Shown in pieces: positions 11,001 to 24,200 of a stretch of DNA of 64,000 nucleotides. Source of the stretch: the human T2T-CHM13v2.0 reference genome, Homo sapiens. The notes beneath the pieces are model-generated. The model had not been told where the DNA came from and made no database searches. It saw nothing but the letters and a program-made list of their open reading frames with translations. Numbering within the stretch: position 1 is the first letter of the stretch; every line of letters begins with the position of its first letter. A program made the translations under genes and the position numbers. The stretch lies in the NCBI RefSeq assembly GCF_009914755.1, contig NC_060947.1; one strand, given 5' to 3'.

Positions 11001-14000
11001 AGTTGAATACAAACATCACAAAGTAGTTTCCGAGAATGCTTCTGTTTAGTTTTTATGTGAAGATGATCCCGTTTCCAGTGAAATCTTCAAAGAGGTCCAC
11101 ATATCCCCTTGCAGATTCCAAAGAAAGAGGGTTTCAAAACTGCTCCATCAGAAGGATTGTTCAACTCTGTGAGTTGAATGCAGTCATCGCAGAAAACTTT
11201 CTGAGAATGCTTCTGTCTAGGTTTGATGTGAAGATATAGACGTTTCAAACGAAGGCTACAAAGTGGTCAAAATATACACTTGCAGATTCTACTACAAGGG
11301 TGTTGCAAACCTGAACTATCAAAGGAAGGTTCAACTCTGTGAGTTGAATACAAACATCACAAAGAATGTTCTGAGTTTGCTTCCGTTCAGTTATGGGAAG
11401 TTGATCCCGTTTCCAACGAAATCCTCAGAGAGGTCCAAATATCCCCTTGCAGATTCTACAAAACGTGTGTTTGGAAACTGCTCCATCATAACGAATGTTC
11501 AGCTCCCTGAGTTAAACTCCATCGTCACAAAGAATTTTCTGAGAGTGCTACCGTCTGGTTTTTATATGAAGTTCTTTCCTTCACTACCACAGGCCTCAAA
11601 GCGGTCCAAATCTCCACTTGCAGATTCTACAAAAGGAGTGTTTGCAAACTGCTCTATCAAAAGGAATGTTCAACTCTGGGAGTTGAATGCAATCATCACA
11701 GAGCAGTTTCTGAGAATGCTTCTATGTCGTTTTTAGGAGAAGATATTTCCTTTTCCAACACAGTCCTCCAAGCCCGCTAAATAGCCACTTGCACATTGTA
11801 GAAAAAGTGTGTCAAAGCTGCGCTATCAAAGGGAAAGTTCAACTCTGTGAGGTGAATGCAAACATCCCAAAGAAGTTTCTGAGAATGCTTCCGTTTAGCT
11901 TTTAGGTGAAGATTATCCCGTTTCCAACGAAACCTTCAAAGAGGTCCAAATATCCCCTTGCGGATCCCACAGAAAGAGTGTTTCGAAACTGCTGTTTCAA
12001 AAGGAATCTTCAACTCTGTGAGTTGAATGCAATCATCACAAAGAAGTTTCTGACAATGCTTCTCTCTCGTCTTTCTGTGAAGATAAAGGAAAAGGCTTTC
12101 AGGCCTTTGCCACCACAGGCCTGAAAGCGCTCCAAATGTCCACTTGCAGATTCTGCCAAAAGAATATTTCAAAACTGCTCTATGAAAAGCAATGTTAAAC
12201 TCTGTGGCTGGAACACAAACATCACAAAGCGGTTTCTGAGAATGTTTCAGTTTAGTTTTTCTGTGGAAATATTCCCGTTTCCAAAGAAATCTTCAAAGAG
12301 GTCCACGTATCCACTTACAGATTCTACAAAAAGACAGTTTCAAAACTGCTCCATCAAAAGGAGGGTTCAACCGTGTGACTTGAATGCAATCATCACTCAG
12401 AAGTTTCTGAGAATGCTTCTCTTTAGTTTTTACGTGAACATATACCCGTTTCGAACGAAGGCCACCCAGTGGTCCAAATATCCACTTGCAGATTCTACAG
12501 AAAGAGTGTTTCGAACCTGAACTCTCAAAGGCAGGTTCATCTCTGCGAGTTAAATGCATTCATCATGAAGAACTTTCTCAGAGTGTTTGTGTTTAGTTAT
12601 GGGAAATTATTCCCGTTTCCAACGAAATCCTCAGAGAGCTCCAAATATCCACCTGCAGATTCTACCAAAAGTGTATTTGGAAACTGCTCCATCAAAAGGC
12701 ATGTTCAGCTCTGTGAGTGAAACTCCATCATCACAACGAATATTCTGAGAATGCTTCCGTTTACCTTTTATATGAAGTTCCTTCCTATACGACCGTAGGC
12801 CTCAAAGCAGTCCAAATCTCCATTTGCAGATTCTACAAAAAGAGTGATTCCAATCTGCTCTATCAATAGGATTGTTCAACTCCATGAGTTGAATGCCATC
12901 CTCACAAAGTAGTTTCTGAGAATGCTTCTATCTAGTTTTTATGTGAAGATATTTCCTTTTCCACCACAGGCCTCAAAGCCCTCCAAACGTCCACTTGCAG
13001 ATTCTCGAAAAAGAGTGTTTCATAGCTGCTCTTTCAAAAGGAAAGTTCAACTCTGGGAGTTGAATACAAACATCACAAAGTAGTTTCCGAGAATGCTTCT
13101 GTTTAGTTTTTATGTGAAGATGATCCCGTTTCCAGTGAAATCTTCAAAGAGGTCCACATATCCCCTTGCAGATTCCAAAGAAAGAGGGTTTCAAAACTGC
13201 TCCATCAAAAGGATTGTTCAACTCTGTGAGTTGAATGCAGTCATCGCAGAAAACTTTCTGAGAATGCTTCTGTCTAGGTTTGATGTGAAGATATAGACGT
13301 TTCAAATGAAGGCTACAAAGTGGTCAAAATATACACTTGCAGATTCTACTACAAGGGTGTTGCAAACCTGAACTATCAAAGGAAGGTTCAACTCTGTGAG
13401 TTGAATACAAACATCACAAAGAATGTTCTGAGTTTGCTTCCGTTCAGTTATGGGAAGTTGATCCCGTTTCCAACGAAATCCTCAGAGAGGTCCAAATATC
13501 CCCTTGCAGATTCTACAAAACGTGTGTTTGGAAACTGCTCCATCATAACGAATGTTCAGCTCCCTGAGTTAAACTCCATCGTCACAAAGAATTTTCTGAG
13601 AGTGCTACCGTCTGGTTTTTATATGAAGTTCTTTCCTTCACTACCACAGGCCTCAAAGCGGTCCAAATCTCCACTTGCAGATTCTACAAAAAGAGTGTTT
13701 GCAAACTGCTCTATCAAAAGGAATGTTCAACTCTGGGAGTTGAATGCAATCATCACAGAGCAGTTTCTGAGAATGCTTCTATGTCGTTTTTAGTAGATAT
13801 TTCCTTTTCCAACACAGTCCTCCAAGCCCGCTAAATAGCCACTTGCACATTGTAGAAAAAGTGTGTCAAAGCTGCGCTATCAAAGGGAAAGTTCAACTCT
13901 GTGAGGTGAATGCAAACATCCCAAAGAAGTTTCTGAGAATGCTTCCGTTTAGCTTTTAGGTGAAGATTATCCCGTTTCCAACGAAACCTTCAAAGAGGTC

Positions 14001-17000
14001 CAAATATCCCCTTGCGGATCCCACAGAAAGAGTGTTTCGAAACTGCTGTTTCAAAAGGAATCTTCAACTCTGTGAGTTGAATGCAATCATCACAAAGAAG
14101 TTTCTGACAATGCTTCTCTCTCGTCTTTCTGTGAAGATAAAGGAAAAGGCTTTCAGGCCTTTGCCACCACAGGCCTGAAAGCGCTCCAAATGTCCACTTG
14201 CAGATTCTGCGAAAAGAATATTTCAAAACTGCTCTATGAAAAGCAATGTTAAACTCCGTGGCTCGAACACAAACATCACAAAGAGGTTTTTGAGAATGTT
14301 TCAGTTTAGTTTTTCTGTGGAAATATTCCCGTTTCCAAAGAAATCTTCAAAGAGGTCCACGTATCCACTTACAGATTCTACAAAAAGACAGTTTCAAAAC
14401 TGCTCCATCAAAAGGAGGGTTCAACTGTGTGACTTGAATGCAATCATCACTCAGAAGTTTCTGAGAATGCTTCTCTTTAGTTTTTACGTGAACATATACC
14501 CGTTTCGAACGAAGGCCAGCCAGTGGTCCAAATATCCACTTGCAGATTCTACAGAAAGAGTGTTTCGAACCTGAACTCTCAAAGGCAGGTTCATCTCTGC
14601 GAGTTGAATGCATTCATCATGAAGAACTTTCTCAGAGTGTTTGTGTTTAGTTATGGGAAATTATTCCCGTTTCCAACGAAATCCTCAGAGAGCTCCAAAT
14701 ATCCACCTGCAGATTCTACCAAAAGTGTATTTGGAAACTGCTCCATCAAAAGGCATGTTCAGCTCTGTGAGTGAAACTCCATCATCACAAAGAATATTCT
14801 GAGAATGCTTCCGTTTGCCTTTTATATGAAGTTCCTTCCTGTACTACCGTAGGCCTCAAAGCAGTCCAAATCTCCATTTGCAGATTCTACAAAAAGAGTG
14901 ATTCCAATCTGCTCTATCAATAGGATTGTTCAACTCCATGAGTTGAATGCCATCCTCACAAAGTAGTTTCTGAGAATGCTTCTATCTGGTTTTTGTGTGA
15001 AGATATTTCCTTTCCCACCACAGGCCTCAAAGCCCTCCAAACGTCCACTTGCAGATTCTCGAAAAAGAGTGTTTCATAGCTGCTCTTTCAAAAGGAAAGT
15101 TCAACTCTGGGAGTTGAATACAAACATCACAAAATAGTTTCCGAGAATGCTTCTGTTTAGTTCTTATGTGAAGATGATCCCGTTTCCAGTGAAATCTTCA
15201 AAGAGGTCCACATATCCCCTTGCAGATTCCAAAGAAAGAGGGTTTCAAAACTGCTCCATCAAAAGGATTGTTCAACTCTGTGAGTTGAATGCAGTCATCG
15301 CAGAAAACTTTCTGAGAATGCTTCTGTCTAGGTTTGATGTGAAGATATAGACGTTTCAAACGAAGGCTACAAAGTGGTCAAAATATACACTTGCAGATTC
15401 TACTACAAGGGTGTTGCAAACCTGAACTATCAAAGGAAGGTTCAACTCTGTGGGTTGAATACAAACATCACAAAGAATGTTCTGAGTTTGCTTCCGTTCA
15501 GTTATGGGAAGTTGATCCCCTTCCCAACGAAATCCTCAGAGAGGTCCAAATATCCCCTTGCAGATTCTACAAAACGTGTGTTTGGAAACTGCTCCATCAT
15601 AACGAATGTTCAGCTCTCTGAGTTAAACTCCATCGTCACAAAGAATTTTCTGAGAGTGCTACCGTCTAGTTTTTATATGAAGTTCTTTCCTTTACTACCA
15701 CAGGCCTCAAAGCGGTCCAAATCTCCACTTGCAGATTCTACAAAAAGAGTGTCTGCAAACTGCTCTATCAAAAGGAATGTTCAACTCTGGGAGTTGAATG
15801 CAATCATCACAGAGCAGTTTCTGAGAAGGCTTCTATGTCGTTTTTAGGAGAAGATATTTCCTTTTCCAACACAGTCCTCCAAGCCCGCTAAATATCCACT
15901 TGCACATTGTAGAAAAAGTGTGTCGAAGCTGCGCTATCAAAGGGAAAGTTCAACTCTGTGAGGTGAATGCAAACATCCCAAAGAAGTTTCTGAGAATGCT
16001 TCCGTTTAGCTTTTAGGTGAAGATTATCCCGTTTCCAACGAAAGCTTCAAAGAGGTCCAAATATCCCCTTGCGGATCCCACAGAAAGAGTGTTTCGAAAC
16101 TGCTGTTTCAAAAGGAATCTTCAACTCTGTGAGTTGAATGCAATCATCACAAAGAAGTTTCTGACAATGCTTCTCTCTCGTCTTTCTGTGAAGATAAAGG
16201 AAAAGGCTTTCAGGTCTTTTCCACCACAGGCCTGAAAGCGCTCCAAATGTCCACTTGCAGATTCTGCCAAAAGAATATTTCAAAACTGCTCTATGAAAAG
16301 CAATGTTAAACTCTGCGGCTCGAACACAAACATCACAAAACAGTTTCTGAGAATGCTTCAGTTTAGTTTTTCTGTGGAAATATTCCCGTTTCCAAAGAAA
16401 TCTTCAAAGAGGTCCACGTATCCACTTACAGATTCTACAAAAAGACAGTTTCAAAACTGCTCAATCAAAAGGAGGGTTCAACTGTGTGACTTGAATGCAA
16501 TCATCACTCAGAAGTTTCTGAGAATGCTTCTCTTTAGTTTTTACGTGAACATATACCCGTTTCGAACGAAGGCCACCCAGTGGTCCAAATATCCACTTGC
16601 AGATTCTACAGAAAGAGTGTTTCGAACCTGAACTCTCAAAGGCAGGTTCATCTCTGCGAGTTAAATGCATTCGTCATGAAGAACTTTCTCAGCGTGTTTG
16701 TGTTTAGTTATGGGAAATTATTCCCGTTCCCAAAGAAATCCTCAGAGAGGTCCAAATGTCCACCTGCAGATTCTACCAAAAGTGTATTTGGAAACTGCTC
16801 CATCAACAGGCATGTTCAGCTCTGTGAGTGAAACTCCATCATCACAAAGAATATTCTGAGAATGCTTCCGTTTGCCTTTTATATGAAGTTCCTTCCTATA
16901 CGACCGTAGGCCTCAAAGCAGTCCAAATCTCCATTTGCAGATTCTACAAAAAGAGTGATTCCAATCTGCTCTATCAATAGGATTGTTCAACTCCATGAGT

Positions 17001-18259
17001 TGAATGCCATCCTCACAAAGTCGTTTCTGAGAATGCTTCTATCTAGTTTTTATGTGAAGATATTTCCTTTTCCACCACAGGCCTCAAAGCCCTCCAAACG
17101 TCCACTTGCAGATTCTCGAAAAAGAGTGTTTCATAGCTGCTCTTTCAAAAGGAAAGTTCAACTCTGGGAGTTGAATACAAACATCACAAAGTAGTTTCCG
17201 AGAATGCTTCTGTTTAGTTCTTATGTGAAGATGATCCCGTTTCCAGTGAAATCTTCAAAGAGGTCCACATATCCCCTTGCAGATTCCAAAGAAAGAGGGT
17301 TTCAAAACTGCTCCATCAAAAGGATTGTTCAACTCTGTGAGTTGAATGCAGTCATCGCAGAAAACTTTCTGAGAATGCTTCTGTCTAGGTTTGATGTGAA
17401 GTTATAGACGTTTAAAACGAAGGCTACAAAGTGGTCAAAACATACACTTACAGATTCTACTACAAGGGTGTTGCAAACCTGAACTATCAAAGGAAGGTTC
17501 AACTCTGTGGGTTGAATACAAACATCGCAAAGAATGTTCTGAGTTTGCTTCCGTTCAGTTATGGGAAGTTGATCCCGTTTACAACGAAATCCTCAGAGAG
17601 GTCCAAATATCCCCTTGCAGATTCTTCAAAACGTGTGTTTGGAAACTGCTCCATCATAACGAATGTTCAGCTCCCTGAGTTAAACTCCATCGTCACAAAG
17701 AATTTTCTGAGAGTGCTACCGTCTAGTTTTTATATGAAGTTCTTTCCTTTACTACCACAGGCCTCAAAGCGGTCCAAATCTCCACTTGCAGATTCTACAA
17801 AAAGAGTGTCTGCAAACTGCTCTATCAAAAGGAATGTTCAACTCTGGGAATTGAATGCAATCATCACAGAGCAGTTTCTGAGAATGCTTCTATGTCGTTT
17901 TTAGGAGAAGATATTTCCTTTTCCAACACAGTCTTCCAAGCCCGCTTAATAGCCACTTGCACATTGTAGAAAAAGTGTGTCGAAGCTGCGCTATCAAAGG
18001 GAAAGTTCAACTCTGTGAGGTGAATGCAAACATCCCAAAGAAGTTTCTGAGAATGCTTCCGTTTAGCTTTTAGGTGAAGATTATCCCGTTTCCAACGAAA
18101 CCTTCAAAGAGGTCCAAATATCCCCTTGCGGATCCCACAGAAAGAGTGTTTCGAAACTGCTGTTTCAAAAGGAATCTTCAACTCTGTGAGTTGAATGCAA
18201 TCATCACAAAGAAGTTTCTGACAATGCTTCTCTCTCGTCTTTCTGTGAACATAAAGGAA

Positions 18260-21200
18260 AAGGCGTTCAGGCCTTTGCCACCACAGGCCTGAAAGCGCTC
18301 CAAATGTCCACTTGCAGATTCTGCCAAAAGAATATTTCAAAACTGCTCTATGAAAAGCAATGTTAAACTCTGTGGCTCGAACACAAACATCACAAAGCGG
18401 TTTCTGAGAATGCTTCAGTTTAGTTTTTCTGTGGAAATATTCCCGTTTCCAAAGAAATCTTCAAAGACGTCCACGTATCCACTTACAGATTCTACAAAAA
18501 GACAGTTTCAAAACTGCTCCATCAAAAGGAGGGTTCAACTGTGTGACTTGAATGCAATCATCACTCAGAAGTTTCTGAGAATGCTTCTCTTTAGTTTTTA
18601 CGTGAACATATACCCGTTTCGAACGAAGGCCACCCAGTGGTCCAAATATCCACTTGCAGATTATACAGAAAGAGTGTTTCGAACCTGAACTCTCAAAGGC
18701 AGGTTCATCTCTGTGAGTTAAATGCATTCATCATGAAGAACTTTCTCAGAGTGTTTGTGTTTAGTTATGGGAAATTATTCCCGTTTCCAACGAAATCCTC
18801 AGAGAGCTCCAAATATCCACCTGCAGATTCTACCAAAAGTGTATTTGGAAACTGCTCCATCAAAAGGCATGTTCAGCTCTGTGAGTGAAACTCCATCATC
18901 ACAAAGAATATTCTGAGAATGCTTCCGTTTGCCTTTTATATGAAGTTCCTTCCTGTACTACCGTAGGCCTCAAAGCAGTCCAAATCTCCATTTGCAGATT
19001 CTATAAAAAGAGTGATTCCAATCTGCTCTATCAATAGGATTGTTCAACTCCATGAGTTGAATGCCATCCTCACAAAGTAGTTTCTGAGAATGCTTCTATC
19101 TGGTTTTTGTGTGAAGATATTTCCTTTTCCACCACAGGCCTCAAAGCCCTCCAAACGTCCACTTGCAGATTCTCGAAAAAGAGTGTTTCATAGCTGCTCT
19201 TTCAAAAGGAAAGTTCAACTCTGGGAGTTGAATACAAACATCACAAAGTAGTTTCCGAGAATGCTTCTGTTTAGTTTTTATGTGAAGATGATCCCGTTTC
19301 CAGTGAAATCTTCAAAGAGGTCCACATATCCCCTTGCAGATTCCAAAGAAAGAGGGTTTCAAAACTGCTCCATCAGAAGGATTGTTCAACTCTGTGAGTT
19401 GAATGCAGTCATCGCAGAAAACTTTCTGAGAATGCTTCTGTCTAGGTTTGATGTGAAGATATAGACGTTTCAAACGAAGGCTACAAAGTGGTCAAAATAT
19501 ACACTTGCAGATTCTACTACAAGGGTGTTGCAAACCTGAACTATCAAAGGAAGGTTCAACTCTGTGAGTTGAATACAAACATCACAAAGAATGTTCTGAG
19601 TTTGCTTCCGTTCAGTTATGGGAAGTTGATCCCGTTTCCAACGAAATCCTCAGAGAGGTCCAAATATCCCCTTGCAGATTCTACAAAACGTGTGTTTGGA
19701 AACTGCTCCATCATAACGAATGTTCAGCTCCCTGAGTTAAACTCCATCGTCACAAAGAATTTTCTGAGAGTGCTACCGTCTGGTTTTTATATGAAGTTCT
19801 TTCCTTCACTACCACAGGCCTCAAAGCGGTCCAAATCTCCACTTGCAGATTCTACAAAAAGAGTGTTTGCAAACTGCTCTATCAAAAGGAATGTTCAACT
19901 CTGGGAGTTGAATGCAATCATCACAGAGCAGTTTCTGAGAATGCTTCTATGTCGTTTTTAGGAGAAGATATTTCCTTTTCCAACACAGTCCTCCAAGCCC
20001 GCTAAATAGCCACTTGCACATTGTAGAAAAAGTGTGTCAAAGCTGCGCTATCAAAGGGAAAGTTCAACTCTGTGAGGTGAATGCAAACATCCCAAAGAAG
20101 TTTCTGAGAATGCTTCCGTTTAGCTTTTAGGTGAAGATTATCCCGTTTCCAACGAAACCTTCAAAGAGGTCCAAATATCCCCTTGCGGATCCCACAGAAA
20201 GAGTGTTTCGAAACTGCTGTTTCAAAAGGAATCTTCAACTCTGTGAGTTGAATGCAATCATCACAAAGAAGTTTCTGACAATGCTTCTCTCTCGTCTTTC
20301 TGTGAAGATAAAGGAAAAGGCTTTCAGGCCTTTGCCACCACAGGCCTGAAAGCGCTCCAAGTGTCCACTTGCAGATTCTGCGAAAAGAATATTTCAAAAC
20401 TGCTCTATGAAAAGCAATGTTAAACTCTGTGGCTCGAACACAAACATCACAAAGCGGTTTCTGAGAATGCTTCAGTTTAGTTTTTCTGTGGAAATATTCC
20501 CGTTTCCAAAGAAATCTTCAAAGAGGTCCACGTATCCACTTACAGATTCTACAAAAAGACAGTTTCAAAACTGCTCCATCAAAAGGAGGGTTCAACTGTG
20601 TGACTTGAATGCAATCATCACTCAGAAGTTTCTGAGAATGCTTCTCTTTAGTTTTTACGTGAACATATACCCGTTTCGAACGAAGGCCACCCAGTGGTCC
20701 AAATATCCACTTGCAGATTCTACAGAAAGAGTGATTCGAACCTGAACTCTCAAAGGCAGGTTCATCTCTGCGAGTTAAATGCATTCATCATGAAGAACTT
20801 TCTCAGAGTGTTTGTGTTTAGTTATGGGAAATTATTCCCGTTTCCAACGAAATCCTCAGAGAGCTCCAAATATCCACCTGCAGATTCTACCAAAAGTGTA
20901 TTTGGAAACTGCTCCATCAAAAGGCATGTTCACCTCTGTGAGTGAAACTCCATCATCACAAAGAATATTCTGAGAATGCTTCCGTTTGCCTTTTATATGA
21001 AGTTCCTTCCTGTACTACCGTAGGCCTCAAAGCAGTCCAAATCTCCATTTGCAGATTCTATGAAAAGAGTGATTCCAATCTGCTCTATCAATAGGATTGT
21101 TCAATTCCATGAGTTGAATGCCATCCTCACAAAGTAGTTTCTGAGAATGCTTCTATCTGGTTTTTGTGTGAAGATATTTCCTTTTCCACCACAGGCCTCA

Positions 21201-24200
21201 AAGCCCTCCAAACGTCCACTTGCAGATTCTCGAAAAAGAGTGTTTCATAGCTGCTCTTTCAAAAGGAAAGTTCAACTCTGGGAGTTGAATACAAACATCA
21301 CAAAGTAGTTTCCGAGAATGCTTCTGTTTAGTTTTTATGTGAAGATGATCCCGTTTCCAGTGAAATCTTCAAAGAGGTCCACATATCCCCTTGCAGATTC
21401 CAAAGAAAGAGGGTTTCAAAACTGCTCCATCAGAAGGATTGTTCAACTCTGTGAGTTGAATGCAGTCATCGCAGAAAACTTTCTGAGAATGCTTCTGGCT
21501 AGGTTTGATGTGAAGATATAGACGTTTCAAACGAAGGCTACAAAGTGGTCAAAATATACACTTGCAGATTCTACTACAAGGGTGTTGCAAACCTGAACTA
21601 TCAAAGGAAGGTTCAACTCTGTGAGTTGAATACAAACATCACAAAGAATGTTCTGAGTTTGCTTCCGTTCAGTTATGGGAAGTTGATCCCGTTTCCAACG
21701 AAATCCTCAGAGAGGTCCAAATATCCCCTCGCAGATTCTACAAAACGTGTGTTTGGAAACTGCTCCATCATAACGAATGTTCAGCTCCCTGAGTTAAACT
21801 CCATCGTCACAAAGAATTTTCTGAGAGTGCTACCATCTGGTTTTTATATGAAGTTCTTTCCTTCACTACCACAGGCCTCAAAGCGGTCCAAATCTCCACT
21901 TGCAGATTCTACAAAAAGAGTGTTTGCAAACTGCTCTATCAAAAGGAATGTTCAACTCTGGGAGTTGAATGCAATCATCACAGAGCAGTTTCTGAGAATG
22001 CTTCTATGTCGTTTTTAGAAGATATTTCCTTTTCCAACACAGTCCTCCAAGACCGCTAAATAGCCACTTGCACATTGTAGAAAAAGTGTGTCAAAGCTGC
22101 GCTATCAAAGGGAAAGTTCAACTCTGTGAGGTGAATGCAAACATCCCAAAGAAGTTTCTGAGAATGCTTCCGTTTAGCTTTTAGGTGAAGATTATCCCGT
22201 TTCCAACGAAACCTTCAAAGAGGTCCAAATATCCCCTTGCGGATCCCACAGAAAGAGTGTTTCGAAACTGCTGTTTCAAAAGGAATCTTCAACTCTGTGA
22301 GTTGAATGCAATCATCACAAAGAAGTTTCTGACAAAGCTTCTCTCTCGTCTTTCTGTGAAGATAAAGGAAAAGGCTTTCAGGCCTTTGCCACCACAGGCC
22401 TGAAAGCGCTCCAAATGTCCACTTGCAGATTCTGCGAAAAGAATATTTCAAAACTGCTCTATGAAAAGCAATGTTAAACTCTGTGGCTCGAACACAAACA
22501 TCACAAAGCGGTTTCTGAGAATGCTTCAGTTTAGTTTTTCTGTGGAAATATTCCCGTTTCCAAAGAAATCTTCAAAGAGGTCCACGTATCCACTTACAGA
22601 TTCTACAAAAAGACAGTTTCAAAACTGCTCCATCAAAAGGAGGGTTCAACCGTGTGACTTGAATGCAATCATCACTCAGAAGTTTCTGAGAATGCTTCTC
22701 TTTAGTTTTTACGTGAACATATACCCGTTTCGAACGAAGGCCACCCAGTGGTCCAAATATCCACTTGCAGATTATACAGAAAGAGTGTTTCGAACCTGAA
22801 CTCTCAAAGGCAGGTTCATCTCTGCGAGTTAAATGCATTCATCATGAAGAACTTTCTCAGAGTGTTTGTGTTTAGTTATGGGAAATTATTCCCGTTTCCA
22901 ACGAAATCCTCAGAGAGCTCCAAATATCCACCTGCAGATTCTACCAAAAGTGTATTTGGAAACTGCTCCATCAAAAGGCATGTTCAGCTCTGTGAGTGAA
23001 ACTCCATCATCACAAAGAATATTCTGAGAATGCTTCCGTTTGCCTTTTATATGAAGTTCCTTCCTGTACTACCGTAGGCCTCAAAGCAGTCCAAATCTCC
23101 ATTTGCAGATTCTATAAAAAGAGTGATTCCAATCTGCTCTATCAATAGGATTGTTCAACTCCATGAGTTGAATGCCACCCTCACAAAGTCGTTTCTGAGA
23201 ATGCTTCTATCTGGTTTTTGTGTGAAGATATTTCCTTTTCCACCACAGGCCTCAAAGCCCTCCAAACGTCCACTTGCAGATTCTCGAAAAAGAGTGTTTC
23301 ATAGCTGCTCTTTCAAAAGGAAAGTTCAACTCTGGGAGTTGAATACAAACATCACAAAGTAGTTTCCGAGAATGCTTCTGTTTAGTTTTTATGTGAAGAT
23401 GATCCCGTTTCCAGTGAAATCTTCAAAGAGGTCCACATATCCCCTTGCAGATTCCAAAGAAAGAGGGTTTCAAAACTGCTCCATCAGAAGGATTGTTCAA
23501 CTCTGTGAGTTGAATGCAGTCATCGCAGAAAACTTTCTGAGAATGCTTCTGTCTAGGTTTGATGTGAAGATATAGACGTTTCAAACGAAGGCTACAAAGT
23601 GGTCAAAATATACACTTGCAGATTCTACTACAAGGGTGTTGCAAACCTGAACTATCAAAGGAAGGTTCAACTCTGTGAGTTGAATACAAACATCACAAAG
23701 AATGTTCTGAGTTTGCTTCCGTTCAGTTATGGGAAGTTGATCCCGTTTCCAACGAAATCCTCAGAGAGGTCCAAATATCCCCTCGCAGATTCTACAAAAC
23801 GTGTGTTTGGAAACTGCTCCATCATAACGAATGTTCAGCTCCCTGAGTTAAACTCCATCGTCACAAAGAATTTTCTGAGAGTGCTACCGTCTGGTTTTTA
23901 TATGAAGTTCTTTCCTTCACTACCACAGGCCTCAAAGCGGTCCAAATCTCCACTTGCAGATTCTACAAAAAGAGTGTTTGCAAACTGCTCTATCAAAAGG
24001 AATGTTCAACTCTGGGAGTTGAATGCAATCATCACAGAGCAGTTTCTGAGAATGCTTCTATGTCGTTTTTAGGAGAAGATATTTCCTTTTCCAACACAGT
24101 CCTCCAAGCCCGCTAAATAGCCACTTGCACATTGTAGAAAAAGTGTGTCAAAGCTGCGCTATCAAAGGGAAAGTTCAACTCTGTGAGGTGAATGCAAACA
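18260..24200. repeat. ~3-HOR haplotype block duplicated at ~30600-36540 (offset 12339 bp = 6 HORs)
   Basis: Shared rare variants occur in the same order: GGCGTTCAGG, CTCCAAGTGTCC, CACCTCTG, CTATGAAAAG, TCAATTCC, CTGGCTAGG, the 3-bp deletion and CAACCGTG. Confidence 0.85.

Noticed and set aside
16042-16047. New HindIII sites (16042 and 22335)
   Set aside because: These are singleton point variants, useful only as markers, with no functional implication.
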